From: Giardia intestinalis
Taxonomy: Eukaryota
Assembly (NCBI GenBank): GCA_000002435.2
Contig: CM018793.1
Length of the DNA: 64,000 nt
Strand: one strand, 5' to 3'
This document shows, in pieces, positions 1-10,300 of this stretch (the first letter of the stretch is position 1; each line of letters begins with the position of its first letter). The translations under genes were made by a program, and so were the position numbers. Below the pieces are notes generated by a model, which did no database searches, was not told the origin of the DNA, and saw nothing but the letters and a program-made list of their open reading frames with translations.

Positions 1-1175
1 ATAGGACTAGTAGAGTCACGCGACTGTGCCACAATGCGCTGCTTAGGTGGTGATGGTTTATCTAGTAGAGAGAGACTTCGGAAATTAGCTGAATCATTCA
101 GATATTCTTCTTCAACAGAGGAACGTGTAGGCGCCCTCTGTGATAGACTTGAGCGCTTTCTCACCATGATAATGTTTGTGGGAGAAATCCGCGGCTTTGA
201 TGGCTCTCTGTGTGTCTGATAGGAAACAGCTGGCTCGCACTCGCTGTCACTTACAACGATGGCGCCGACCGAAAGTGAACATCCGTTAGACAGCGGCCTC
301 TGCACAGCTGTGTCAAGCATCTGCGTCTCTGTAGGCGACTGATAGGGAATAGCAGCCGAAGCCAGTTGCCTGTCATAAATGTCTGGGGAAAACCGTGAAA
401 GTGTTGGATATATAGAATGATTGTCTATTGCTGTGATACTCTTGCTTGCCTTGCTCATAGTGGTCTTCCTAGGCAACTTGTTACTGTCCATTGGCAGGCC
501 TGGGACACGTATGGGCTGAAGGAGAGGAGACGGACTGACGCGTGTTTCAGTCAGCTTTGATGTTACATACGCCTCGATGGGAACAACGGTTCGCCTGGAT
601 CCTACCAGGAGAACAACAGATCCTTTGAATAAACCTTCTACGCTGGGAAGAAACCGGACGGAGATGCGTAAGAGTGGTCCCTCCGGCCTGGAAGAAACCT
701 GTAACGAATGACACGAAGAATATATGCGTATAAGTGAGAGGGGTGCGTCCATAACTCGTGAGTCCGCATACATGGTAATTGTCTCCGGCTCATCTATAGT
801 AACCCTGTCTAAAATGACACGCTCTGGGGTAACGAAGGAGGCCGATGGCCTTTCACGCGCACTGGCAACGCGCTCTCGCACAAATCGAGTCAACAAGGTG
901 TTCAAATGGGCATTTGATCTCTGAGAGGCTCGCGGTCTTGGAGGCATTCTGTAACTAGATTCCGTCCGCCGCGCTTCGTTTAGCTGCGTAGATGATTCCA
1001 GAGCCAATTCTATATATTCTGCGTGGACATAACGCAAAAAGAGGGGCCTGGGGATGTTGAAGTATTCCTGGCGTGTATGCTGTAAAAGCTGCACAATGTC
1101 AGTAATTGAGCGCCCAGACCTCATCGCTTCCTTCACATCGCGAGCCAGGAAGGGAAAACGCTGCTTTATGTCCAT
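1..1175 (-). CDS. Hypothetical protein, N-terminal ~390 codons. The gene continues past the left edge of the window. It is not in the supplied ORF track.
   Basis: I translated the minus strand by hand in the frame of the ATG at revcomp 1173-1175. It reads MDIKQRFPFLARDVKEAMRSGRSITDIVQLLQHTRQEYFNIPRPLF... and stays open with no stop all the way to position 1. That is about 390 sense codons, and the chance of that happening by accident is negligible. Upstream, the frame closes at a stop at 1257-1259, and there is no earlier in-frame ATG. I found no recognisable domain. Confidence 0.6.
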   Translation of the reverse strand, partial: MDIKQRFPFLARDVKEAMRSGRSITDIVQLLQHTRQEYFNIPRPLFLRYVHAEYIELALESSTQLNEARRTESSYRMPPRPRASQRSNAHLNTLLTRFVRERVASARERPSASFVTPERVILDRVTIDEPETITMYADSRVMDAPLSLIRIYSSCHSLQVSSRPEGPLLRISVRFLPSVEGLFKGSVVLLVGSRRTVVPIEAYVTSKLTETRVSPSPLLQPIRVPGLPMDSNKLPRKTTMSKASKSITAIDNHSIYPTLSRFSPDIYDRQLASAAIPYQSPTETQMLDTAVQRPLSNGCSLSVGAIVVSDSECEPAVSYQTHREPSKPRISPTNIIMVRKRSSLSQRAPTRSSVEEEYLNDSANFRSLSLLDKPSPPKQRIVAQSRDSTSP

Positions 1176-1256
1176 GCCAAAGCCGACACGAAAGGCGACC
1201 CACGCTAAAGAAATCCTTAAACTGTAAAGGTTACGAGGTGGTCGTTTACAAAAGCG

Positions 1257-1904
1257 TTATACCGAGGATACAATCGGAGGGACAGTCTCCTTTAACCGAA
1301 TGTAGTTGGCATAAATGTTTTCAGTCTGTCCAAATTCGTTCCAAGGCTCTGTGTAGATGGAGCAGCCGAGGCGGTGCATTGTATCCAGGAAAGTATGGTA
1401 ACACCTGTCAAGCCCCTGCAGATAGGAAAGGGGGATGGATGCCTCACATGGCCTACAGCGTACATTGTGGATGCGGTAGTAGCATGTTTCTGGAGTCGCA
1501 TCCAAGTAGAGGATAACCGTAGGCAGCGGCAGGTCCTTTAGTTGGCTCTGGTACTGCTCATTATACAACTTGAAATCGGCGTCTGATATGAATCCGTCTT
1601 CATAGGAGTTGAGCGCGAAAACTAAATCACTAAAGACAGAGCGGTCAAGCAAGACGCCCTTGGCAGTCTTCGACGCCTGAATTGCCTCCTTGTATGTATT
1701 AAGACGCTGGTTGAAGAACCAAATCTGCATCTGATACCCCCATTTCTTTGGGTCCTCGTAGAAGAGCTCAAGGTAGGGATTTTCCTCCACAGGCTCTGTA
1801 AATAGCGTCAGGCCATACATGTTGGCAAGCTTGCTGGCGAGAGTGGATTTACCAGCTGCTATGTTCCCTTCTAATATGAAAATGTTTGGCGCAACGTAGC
1901 ACAT
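1257..1904 (-). CDS. Deoxynucleoside kinase (dCK/dGK/TK2-type, salvage)
   Basis: 215 aa. It has an N-terminal P-loop, ILEGNIAAGKST. It is similar throughout to deoxyribonucleoside kinases, with an ERS-like 'DRSVFSD' motif and a conserved C-terminal arginine-rich lid. The ATG start at 1904 was checked in the sequence. Giardia is known to lack ribonucleotide reductase and to depend on such kinases. Confidence 0.85.
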   Translation of the reverse strand: MCYVAPNIFILEGNIAAGKSTLASKLANMYGLTLFTEPVEENPYLELFYEDPKKWGYQMQIWFFNQRLNTYKEAIQASKTAKGVLLDRSVFSDLVFALNSYEDGFISDADFKLYNEQYQSQLKDLPLPTVILYLDATPETCYYRIHNVRCRPCEASIPLSYLQGLDRCYHTFLDTMHRLGCSIYTEPWNEFGQTENIYANYIRLKETVPPIVSSV

Positions 1905-2070
1905 TTATTTTTTACGATGTAGAACGGAGGCTCGTAAGACGCGAAGGTTAGTAGGCAAAAAGGGAAATGGCTGCAAAAAGAATATTAAGGGATAACTACT
2001 CAGCTGGTAGCAGTTCTTTGCTAGGCCTGAAGATCTGATGTTTTCCGCCAAAATAGTCGTTCAATCTTTA

Positions 2071-3354
2071 TTAATAGAATAGCAGGTCGGTAACGTGATG
2101 AGAGGCAGTTCGAGGTATCCCCATGGTTAGCAGACGCTGCTGGACTGTAGATGGGGACTCTATTACAAGGGACTTGTAAGTAGGATAGGTTCTCACAACT
2201 GCCTCGGCGACGCTGGGTGAGTAATTGCAAAGAATATTTCTGATGAAGCAGTGCCAATCATTACAATCATTAGAGTGCATGGTCGGCAAAGGACCAGAAT
2301 CAGCATCGTCTGATGGACAGACACATCGACACCGAGAAAGGTCAGAGGTACTTCTGAACAGATATTCATATATGCGTGCAGTATGCTCTGCACTAACACT
2401 TTGAATGATAGACGACACGTTTCCCTTGCTCACCTCATTGAGCACAGCCTGGAAAAGCTGACATTCATGAATGAGGAGCAGTTGCGGATCCTCTACCAGG
2501 AGAAAGGTGGGAAACCTCGCAGGACAACCAAGCTGCCGTTGAATGCGTCCATCATAGAGAGACGCAGACAGGTCAGAAATGGTCTTTCGCTCAACTAAAA
2601 CAGTAGGGTGATCATTACTCAATATAAGACAGTCTCCTCGAGGAAGTTTAGCAACAATTGTGTATTGTGCAATATCATGAGGCAGTAGCCTCGCATACGA
2701 TCCCTCTCCACGGCAATCTAACACGAGTCTCGATCTGCACTCGATAGCTGTTTGATTCGTAGGGTCAGCCCGATGGGCATCGTTCAAGATAGACTGCTCA
2801 TTCTCCGTGATCTTTTCTATCTCGTGGTGCTGAGGAGATAGCTTCGCAAGTATACCAGCCCCCTTCTTTGTCAAAATAAGCTCATTTTCTTTCGATAGCG
2901 TTACGTACTTTAGCTCTAGAAGCTTGCTTAGGGCCGTGTCAAATTGTACTTGCAAGGAGGATGGTTTCATCTCGACAGACGGAGACTGGGAAAGTGTCTT
3001 TGTGCTAGTACTGCTATCTCGGATAGACATAAGAGCATTCCAATATATGTCACCAATTCTAATTCTGGTCCTTTTGCTTCTAGACTCTGCAAGCGCCTCT
3101 TTTCGAGCATGGTATTCTTTCTCTGAGAATCTTATGAACTCCAAGTCCGCAATATCTAGGGTTGGGGCAGCAGTAGAACGCTCCGATTCGGGTTCAAGAA
3201 ACGAACCTGTGCGCTTGTACACAGCGTCAATGCCGTGAAGGTAGTCCTTCAGTGCAGAAGAGAGTCGATAATGGAGCTGTTCGGAGATGAGCGTCACAAA
3301 TGCTGACGGCTTCATACAACTTATAAAAAAGGAGGTCAATGTCACTGGAAGCAT
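2071..3354 (-). CDS. ERCC4-domain structure-specific endonuclease (Mus81/XPF family)
   Basis: The protein contains LPRGDCLILSNDHPTVLVERKTISDLSASLYDGRIQRQL. That matches the ERCC4 catalytic signature GD(F/Y)...(V/I)ERK..DL..S..DGR...Q. The ERCC4 domain sits in the C-terminal half, which fits Mus81. The start printed in the ORF track (3423) is a TTG. The first in-frame ATG is at 3354, and the next (MKPSAFV...) is at 3315. Confidence 0.7.
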   Translation of the reverse strand: MLPVTLTSFFISCMKPSAFVTLISEQLHYRLSSALKDYLHGIDAVYKRTGSFLEPESERSTAAPTLDIADLEFIRFSEKEYHARKEALAESRSKRTRIRIGDIYWNALMSIRDSSTSTKTLSQSPSVEMKPSSLQVQFDTALSKLLELKYVTLSKENELILTKKGAGILAKLSPQHHEIEKITENEQSILNDAHRADPTNQTAIECRSRLVLDCRGEGSYARLLPHDIAQYTIVAKLPRGDCLILSNDHPTVLVERKTISDLSASLYDGRIQRQLGCPARFPTFLLVEDPQLLLIHECQLFQAVLNEVSKGNVSSIIQSVSAEHTARIYEYLFRSTSDLSRCRCVCPSDDADSGPLPTMHSNDCNDWHCFIRNILCNYSPSVAEAVVRTYPTYKSLVIESPSTVQQRLLTMGIPRTASHHVTDLLFY

Positions 3355-3824
3355 ATTCTCAGGTGCTTGTGCGCAAGGTTGGGGATACCTTTGATATATT
3401 CGATACTGAGAAGAATGGAACAATTGATGTCAGAGAGGTAGGAACTGTTCTGCGCTCCTTGGGGGTGTACCCCACTGAGGCCCAGCTGCACTCCATGCTG
3501 TTAGAAATACAGCAGGATGAGCCGTCCATGTATGTTTCTAAGGCATCGTTTATGGCTGTGGTGTGCCGGGTGATCAGCACAAATGAAATAACTGGTCCTG
3601 CTCCGGATGAACTTGCCCGGGCATTTGCCGTTTTGGACCCCAACAATACCGGGTTTCTAGAAACGGAGCAGCTCAGGGTTTACTTGACTACGAGCGGGGA
3701 GCGGTTGAACGCCGATGAAATGGAGAATTTTAGTGCCTTTGCCACAGATACAGAAACGGGTCTAATTGATTGGAGATCCTATCTAACTGCTGTGACAGAC
3801 ATCCTGTGGCAAAATGATGACTAA
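3339..3824 (+). CDS. EF-hand calcium-binding protein (calmodulin / light-chain-like, 161 aa)
   Basis: There are two canonical 12-residue EF loops, DTEKNGTIDVRE and DPNNTGFLETEQ, plus two degenerate ones. The size and layout match calmodulin or centrin. ATG at 3339 was verified. Confidence 0.8.
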   Translation: MSLEAYSQVLVRKVGDTFDIFDTEKNGTIDVREVGTVLRSLGVYPTEAQLHSMLLEIQQDEPSMYVSKASFMAVVCRVISTNEITGPAPDELARAFAVLDPNNTGFLETEQLRVYLTTSGERLNADEMENFSAFATDTETGLIDWRSYLTAVTDILWQNDD

Positions 3825-3841
3825 GATAAGGCCAGGGTGAG

Positions 3842-5695
3842 ATGGCTTGCCTATTAGGTGCTAGCTCGCCGGAGATAGTTTGCTTAATTAACTTAAAAAT
3901 GCTGACCTTTTATGCGCAAATTGCGGCAGCAGAGCGTGCCCCTCTAGTGCCAAGCATTGTCCAGCAATTAGATCCTTTTGAAGGGGGGCTGTGTCTTCAC
4001 TCTCTTGGGTCCAAAGACCTTCGGATTATCTTTCGTGCAATACTGGCGCAGCCCAAGGATTTACAACGCCTCATCATAGAGGACTGCAATTTGAGCTCCC
4101 TCGGCGTGGCACTAAGCAATGCCATCTGCTCGGCAACTGAGCTAGAGACCTTGATCTTCGACAGGTGCCAATTTGCAGTCAACGCTCTGTACACACAAGT
4201 CCTAGCCAACCTCCACCTTACTAAAGTAAAGGCACTCTCTATCATCAATTGCAAACTCACAGATTCTCAGCTCATATCTTTTGCACGCACTCTTGACAGC
4301 CTACCCTACCTTACCGAGCTTTCGCTCTCGCACAACCACGTCAAAGATAGCGCTATAGCGCAGCTCTTTAAGGCTCTTCAGAACTATTCTCTTGATACTC
4401 TGGACTTGCGGTTTTGCGGCCTGGGGTTCCAGAGTGCCAAAATCATCTTGTCGTTTCTTGACCGATACCCAGCAAATATAGGTACATTGCTACTGGACTA
4501 CAATAACTTTAGTGCGAATTTACAGAATCGTCTCCTTCAACGATGCTCTGACGGTGCTCCGCGGGCCTTGGACAAAAGCCAAGGCAGTAGTAGGTCTTTA
4601 AGCAGATCCTTAAGCAGGTCATCCAGCAGGAGTCCACAAGATCGTCGTCTTTCGCATGCTATGCGCACAAATGTCTGCACTAAGATAAGTGGATTCCACG
4701 ACGACGCGCTCCAGAATACTGAGTCAAATACGCTTACTCAAACCCACTTGGATATCAACTCTGGTACACAGATACACATGGATTCTCTTGAACTTGCAGA
4801 TATACAGCCCAATAATCAGGCAGAAAGCGGTGATATGAATCCGATGGTGTTACCATCTCAATCTGCTTCTGAATTGACTCTAAACTTCCCCGGCACTGAA
4901 AATTCTTCTACCATGTTACATACCATTCAGCATTGTATCAATACTAATGAGCTTACTGCCTTTCTAGATGCTCATCCAGACAAACATGGGCACCCGCTCA
5001 ATGTAGACTTCAAGACGTTCAAGTGGTCCTTTTCAGACATCCTTAGTACCTTCCAATCTATTATTTTTTCCTGCCAAAAGCGTAAGGAAAAACTCGGGAA
5101 AGCTGACCTTCGGAAGATGCTCAGTATCTTGCATTCCTTGCACAACGGTTCTGTGACATATAACGCACTCCTGAGATTAGATATGATATATAAATTAAAG
5201 TGTGCAGGCAAACGGAGTGATGCGTACGTAGTGTATCAGGAGAAGAAGGCTGGCTTACTGCTCAAAAGCTCGAACTTGGAACAAGTCGCTGCTTCCCATC
5301 AAAGCGAAATGCAAGGTTTATTTACTCGTATATCAGACTTACAACAACATATTAAAAATGTTACCATACGGCTAGAGGGTGGTAGCCTCGACGAGGAGAT
5401 TAACGATCTAGAGAAGAAAATTTCAGCTACAAAAACCAAAAATGTGGAGCTGTCTACTCAGGTAAAAGAAATACAACAGCTTTACGATGAGCTACTCGCC
5501 ACTGAGTATGCCCAGCAATCATCTGCAGCTGGGTATGTTGATAATCTCCGAAAAGAGTTTCCAGTTTATGCCGAAGCCAGAGAAGGATACTGCAAGTACC
5601 TCTACAATCTAATAGATGAGCTGCTTGAGCGGGTGCGGAATCACAAGAATGAACTGAAAGGTCTTTTGGATGCTATCCGTGTCCGCAGTGTATAG
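3842..5695 (+). CDS. Leucine-rich-repeat (RNI-like) plus C-terminal coiled-coil protein
   Basis: 617 aa. It has repeated L..L.L..N.I/L LRR units (LTELSLSHNHVKDSAIAQLFKAL...LDTLDLRFCGLG), a run of SRSLSRSLSRSSSRS, and a heptad-rich C-terminal third. The domain order resembles LRRC45-type centrosomal proteins, but that is only an impression. There is a second in-frame ATG at 3899, preceded by the AT-rich sequence TTAATTAACTTAAAAATG, and that may be the true initiator. Confidence 0.8.
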   Translation: MACLLGASSPEIVCLINLKMLTFYAQIAAAERAPLVPSIVQQLDPFEGGLCLHSLGSKDLRIIFRAILAQPKDLQRLIIEDCNLSSLGVALSNAICSATELETLIFDRCQFAVNALYTQVLANLHLTKVKALSIINCKLTDSQLISFARTLDSLPYLTELSLSHNHVKDSAIAQLFKALQNYSLDTLDLRFCGLGFQSAKIILSFLDRYPANIGTLLLDYNNFSANLQNRLLQRCSDGAPRALDKSQGSSRSLSRSLSRSSSRSPQDRRLSHAMRTNVCTKISGFHDDALQNTESNTLTQTHLDINSGTQIHMDSLELADIQPNNQAESGDMNPMVLPSQSASELTLNFPGTENSSTMLHTIQHCINTNELTAFLDAHPDKHGHPLNVDFKTFKWSFSDILSTFQSIIFSCQKRKEKLGKADLRKMLSILHSLHNGSVTYNALLRLDMIYKLKCAGKRSDAYVVYQEKKAGLLLKSSNLEQVAASHQSEMQGLFTRISDLQQHIKNVTIRLEGGSLDEEINDLEKKISATKTKNVELSTQVKEIQQLYDELLATEYAQQSSAAGYVDNLRKEFPVYAEAREGYCKYLYNLIDELLERVRNHKNELKGLLDAIRVRSV

Positions 5696-6653
5696 GTAGA
5701 GGGTGCAAGTACGAATTTTCTCCTCTCCATGCTTTGTCTCTGTAGCGTTTGGAAAGCGATCAGTATGTATTTGTTGGTAGATAGATTGGCTAAGTAAGTA
5801 TTCCTTTATAACAAGCTTGAATCATGTATCGATACGTGTCAAATTACGATATCAATTACCCCTAGGAGAGGCGCCCGCCGCCCTCTGCCGTCTGCCCCGT
5901 GGGCCTCTCGAGTGCCCGCGAGGCGATCCGGCTAGCGTGTCCGCGCCCCTTACGTAGGCAGGGATTCTCGCCGTCTCTGTCCCGCCGCCCTGGGCACCAG
6001 CACAGGGTCGCTTGCTGCGCCATCGTTGGTGCCTCTCCCGTGCCGAGCCAGGAGCACTGCAACCGCTGCAGCCTCTGTGTCAGGGCGGCCCGCACTGTTT
6101 TGTGGGTCCTCCTATGAGGTGCAAGCCGCGTGGGTGCCCTGATCGAGGTCGGCTAGCTGATCGGAAGCCTGAAGCCGGAATGACAGGCGCTCACAGTCTT
6201 CGACAGCTTTTGGTTCTGCTACTAGGGACAGATACCCACGATGACTATGCCCCCATCAGTTCGAATACAGTTGGCTGCGTTGTGGCCACGTCGTCAGCGT
6301 GTATCGGCTGGGCCCCTCAGAAGCTAAGAGTCTCGTCCAGAGCCCTTTCATCTCTATTTTGTTTCCAGTACTACTCCTGGAAGTCTACTAGCCCTTTGTC
6401 ATGGTTAATGTGCAATGTTTCTAAGCTCTCAAGTCGTGGGACAGCCCGAGCACTCCTTGCCTTTCCCACTTCCTAGCAGGTTCACAAGCTGAGTTAGAGA
6501 CGGCCGATTCTCCTGGCCCACAACTAATAGACGCTGTACTAGCTCTACTCAGCTGCGCCTTCGGCTCTGTTTAGGCCAAGCTCCCAGTTCCCTGGAGGGA
6601 CACCCTCATTCCCCATATCTTTAATAAAGGCTAGAGCATTCATAGCCATACGT

Positions 6654-7336
6654 TCATGTAAAATATAACGCATGCTCCAAATACTCGAGGTGGTTATGCC
6701 CTTTCCTACTCCATGCCCCCGGGACTGTATGCATTAGCATGACTTCAAAATATGCTCTGTTGAGCCTATCTTTTGGAGCACAGAAAACTAAAAGAACGGA
6801 GCCATGTTTTCGCCATGATCGAACTCGGTTACGACTAGATATACTGTACTGCGACAGAGGAAAGCTCTCCATTAGAGTGTCTTTTCTCAGACACGTGAAA
6901 TGCGCCATCAGAGCCGAAATCCGACGAACCATCTCGAGGGCTTTGGCCTCTTGGATGGCCATTCTCCACTGTCTGAAGAACCTTATTGCGTCTTTAAGAG
7001 CAGACTTATAACATTGCATGCACAGGCAAAAGGTTCTTTGTTGTGCAATACCTGTTTGTATTCAAAGGGATGTAAAGGCTTGAAGAGCTGCATAGTACAC
7101 AGGTCGGCCTCAGTGGCGTCCGGAATAATCCCCTTCAATTAGATACCCCTACCTACCTCGTCCAATGTGTCTTTCAATGCATAAACAGTTCTATACAATC
7201 CTTTGCCAATCACTATAGCCAGCTTAATCATCGGATCATCACTCGTTTCAGTTTTCTCAGACATTTTTAGTTGATACTCGATGAGCTGACCTAATTGGTA
7301 GTGCCAAAGGTAGCATGAAGTTTGTCTGCTTTGCAT
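6654..7336 (-). pseudogene. Possible decayed gene. Two minus-strand ORFs (65 aa and 121 aa) are separated by an in-frame TAA and a +1 frameshift.
   Basis: Reading the minus strand by hand through 7141-7020 gives ...DEVGRGI*LKGIIPDATEADLCTMQLFKPLHPFEYKQVLHNKEPFA, and then the downstream ORF (MQCYKSALKD...) is in another frame. I could not assign a family. It sits inside the gene-poor block. Confidence 0.2.
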
Positions 7337-10300
7337 ATGGAAGGATCTGTTATATCCTTACAGAATTTGGCAGTGCAATGTATAATTACCAACAAGGATC
7401 TGTAAAGCAAATAGTCACAAGTTTTGAAGGATTTAGCAAGACTAAAAGTCACTCTCAGACCTCAACTTGAGTATAAGTGATGATCCTATCGAGAACTAAA
7501 GGTCCATAAACGTAACGGAACAGGCGAATAGTCCGATAATTATTTCTTCTTGAAACGACAGATTTTTTCATGCTTCTAAGTGATTAAACTAAAGACAAAT
7601 TCTAGGCTAAATAAGAGCCCCGGAATCCCTTGAAGCATAAGCTATCCTATTACTGGGTTATTATAGAATCTAACTAACTCTAGTACTGTGGAATGGCAAC
7701 CAGGTTTAAAGTAAGGGAAGATCTATGTGCTTACAGACTTTAGGCCCACGGGATAGGGGTAGCAAATCATATATTTGAAGCTAATTGTTTGCCATCTTAT
7801 CTTCTAGCTGATTCACAGTAATGTGTATCCTTCGCACCGCAAATGGTTTCTAGTATCAAGAAAATGCATAGCAACTCTACCGGGCTACAGCTAAAATAAA
7901 GCAAGAAGCAAAGTCCACGGATATATGCCCAACTATACATAGTTATCATAATTGGCTAGGGCCTCGCGGATTACACAGTGCCTTTGCGATGTGCAAGATA
8001 ACATCGTATAGTAATGTGCACTCATCCATAAAGTAGCACGCATTATTTGTACATATTGATGTAGCAGGGCCTGGTATCTCCAATTATCCGGATAGCTTTC
8101 TAACTCGACTAGTAATAAGTTGCAATATCTTTATTCTTCGCCAAATGGCCAGCATTTTCTGAGGGTCTAGACCAGGAATAGTGAAGTCAGCATTCAATTG
8201 AGTACTTGTACACTGCACATAGGGTGGGTTGGTCTCTACGCATCCAAAGTTTGTAGCGGAAACTCATTGCGTAACTATCTAAGAATCCTATGCAAAATCG
8301 ATAGCTCTTAACGCAGATAGGCTATCTTTTCAAATCTACAAATCGCTAAGATCCCCTTTCTAAAATCTTCGACATCACAGACCCCATGCCAGGCAGCAAA
8401 CCTTGTGCTACATAATATGAGAGCCTCTAGGATGTGTAAACACCTGTGCGGCTACAGCGACGTATCTCCATTCACAGGTGCCAGTAGAACCGATGGACAC
8501 TGGTGAAGCATATCGGTGGGTGGAAGATGTAGTGAGTCAGGCATTCTGTATACTGTCATTCACCACAGCTCCCGTAGTGAGCCATGGGGAGCCTGAAGAC
8601 TGGTGCTCTATGGCGGCGTGAGTGTGGGTGGTGAGCCTAGAGCAGTCGCCGAATCGATGGTTTCGGGACAGCTTCTGTCATGAAGGATAATAGAACAGTG
8701 CAGCGAAGAACAGGTAACCCAAGTATCAAGAGATACACCTATAATGGCAACCAAGAGAAGTGCTATACATAGTTAGTGACCAATTCCCTTAGACAGGAAG
8801 CGGCAGATTATATGGCAGAAGAGAAGTGTTGTTACTGTCGGCCGATCAAGCATTCTAAGACATCGAAGCTGTGACGATGCATCTACCAGTGAGCTCCATC
8901 GTGCATTCTGAATGGCACGTTGCCCAACTAAGCTAGGGAAGTTCAGGAGATGACTACGCCCTTCTGTCATCGTATGTGCCCTTTGTGAACACATGTTTGA
9001 CCCAGCATCCTCTGGCACTCAGAGTAAACCCAAGTGCAAGCAGGGTCAGGCTCATTGAGGCACACCTGCTACGAGTAGCCCCTAGTGTTGGCCAGTCACA
9101 CCTGAGAGCGTATCTGTCTAGGAGAGCTCTATGTAGGGCGAGGAAGACCATCCTTCGCTGGTTGGCCGTGACTTGGAGCTCAGAACAGACAGGAAACTGA
9201 AGTGGTGGCTGGGCTATTGCTCCGCATCGTCTGTGCAGCCATGGCCAGGTCAGCCAGAAGGATGCCTCGATGTGCACATGATTGGCTTGTGTCTGAATAC
9301 TAAAAAAACTTGAGGCAGCCACCGCGCCCGCCACCCCCAGGACAGAGCTTCTGCACGTATGGCTAGCTCCCCTTGTCAGTTCAGTCTATTGGTCCAATAG
9401 TCTGGGAACCCTCTGCCCCGCTCTCTGGCGTACGATGTATCGCAACTGCTCATAGGGGTAAGCAGCATGAAAGAGGAATTGCATGTGTAGACAGCGTGTT
9501 ATGCCCGTCTCAGAGGACCGAGGTGTCTAACTACAGAGCGCTGCACCGAGCCATGCGCCCCACTGCCTTGCACTGGGGGCTGCCTCCACCACTGCACTTG
9601 CTACAACGGAGCTGTGTTGGCCCAGCAGATTAAGTAGATACTGCATCGACCCTATTTGACGATGTGTACACATCGCGTGATGTCCAATGGTGGAGCGGAC
9701 ACCGTGTGCCAAGGTGTCTGCTATTAACGAAAAACAGCACTTGGTTGCACCAGAGATGCTTCTGTGTAAGCATGGGGTCTTCACACCTGTCCCCTATCAG
9801 CTATAGTGCCAGCTGTATATCCAGAAAGGTCCTGCAGAGCACTCCACCGTCTTTCAAGGTGAGACATGGGCTCCACACCTATAGCTAGAAACAGAACTCT
9901 GTACACCAACTGTTGTGACCCTCGTGTGGTAACTGGCCTGTATCATAATCAACTTACTAAACATCTATACACTTGTCTGGATGCCCGTTGCTGGTTTTAG
10001 ACGGACCTGCGAAAAGGTTTGCCTTTGTCCGCATGACCTAGTGGTATCTAGTCTTGGTGACAGGCTTCAAGGAAGGAGGATGTTATTTGGGTACACAGAA
10101 GGCTACTCGTGTACAAAGATTCTCGGGAAGCAAATTTAGACAAAGAAGATGGAGAAAGCCAGGGAGCCCACTCTGTAATAGGATGACTAGGTATAGACCC
10201 ATTTACAATAGGGAAGCACGTGAGTCATTCTGGCTTCTAAACATGGAAAGATCGTGGAGTCTGCGGACGACTTGGAGGCTGATTTGATTTTGTGCATTTG

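Noticed and set aside
34-1516. Plus-strand ORFs 34..219, 724..924 and 1106..1516
   Set aside because: They lie antisense to the long, stop-free minus-strand reading frame 1..1175 and to the dNK gene.
3355-3423. N-terminal 23 codons (MFHSSQY...) in the ORF track for the ERCC4 nuclease. The same applies to the other TTG/GTG-initiated extensions in the track, at 28642, 30590, 34519, 34550, 37931, 48717, 62430 and 63338.
   Set aside because: The track translates TTG or GTG as Met. Checking the DNA shows these are not ATG. In a eukaryote the first in-frame ATG was taken instead.
5860-6500. GC-rich island considered as possible rDNA (Giardia rRNA is about 75% GC)
   Set aside because: It bears no resemblance to the Giardia SSU 5' sequence or to 5.8S motifs that I can recall. 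It is also too short and is embedded in non-rDNA-like sequence.
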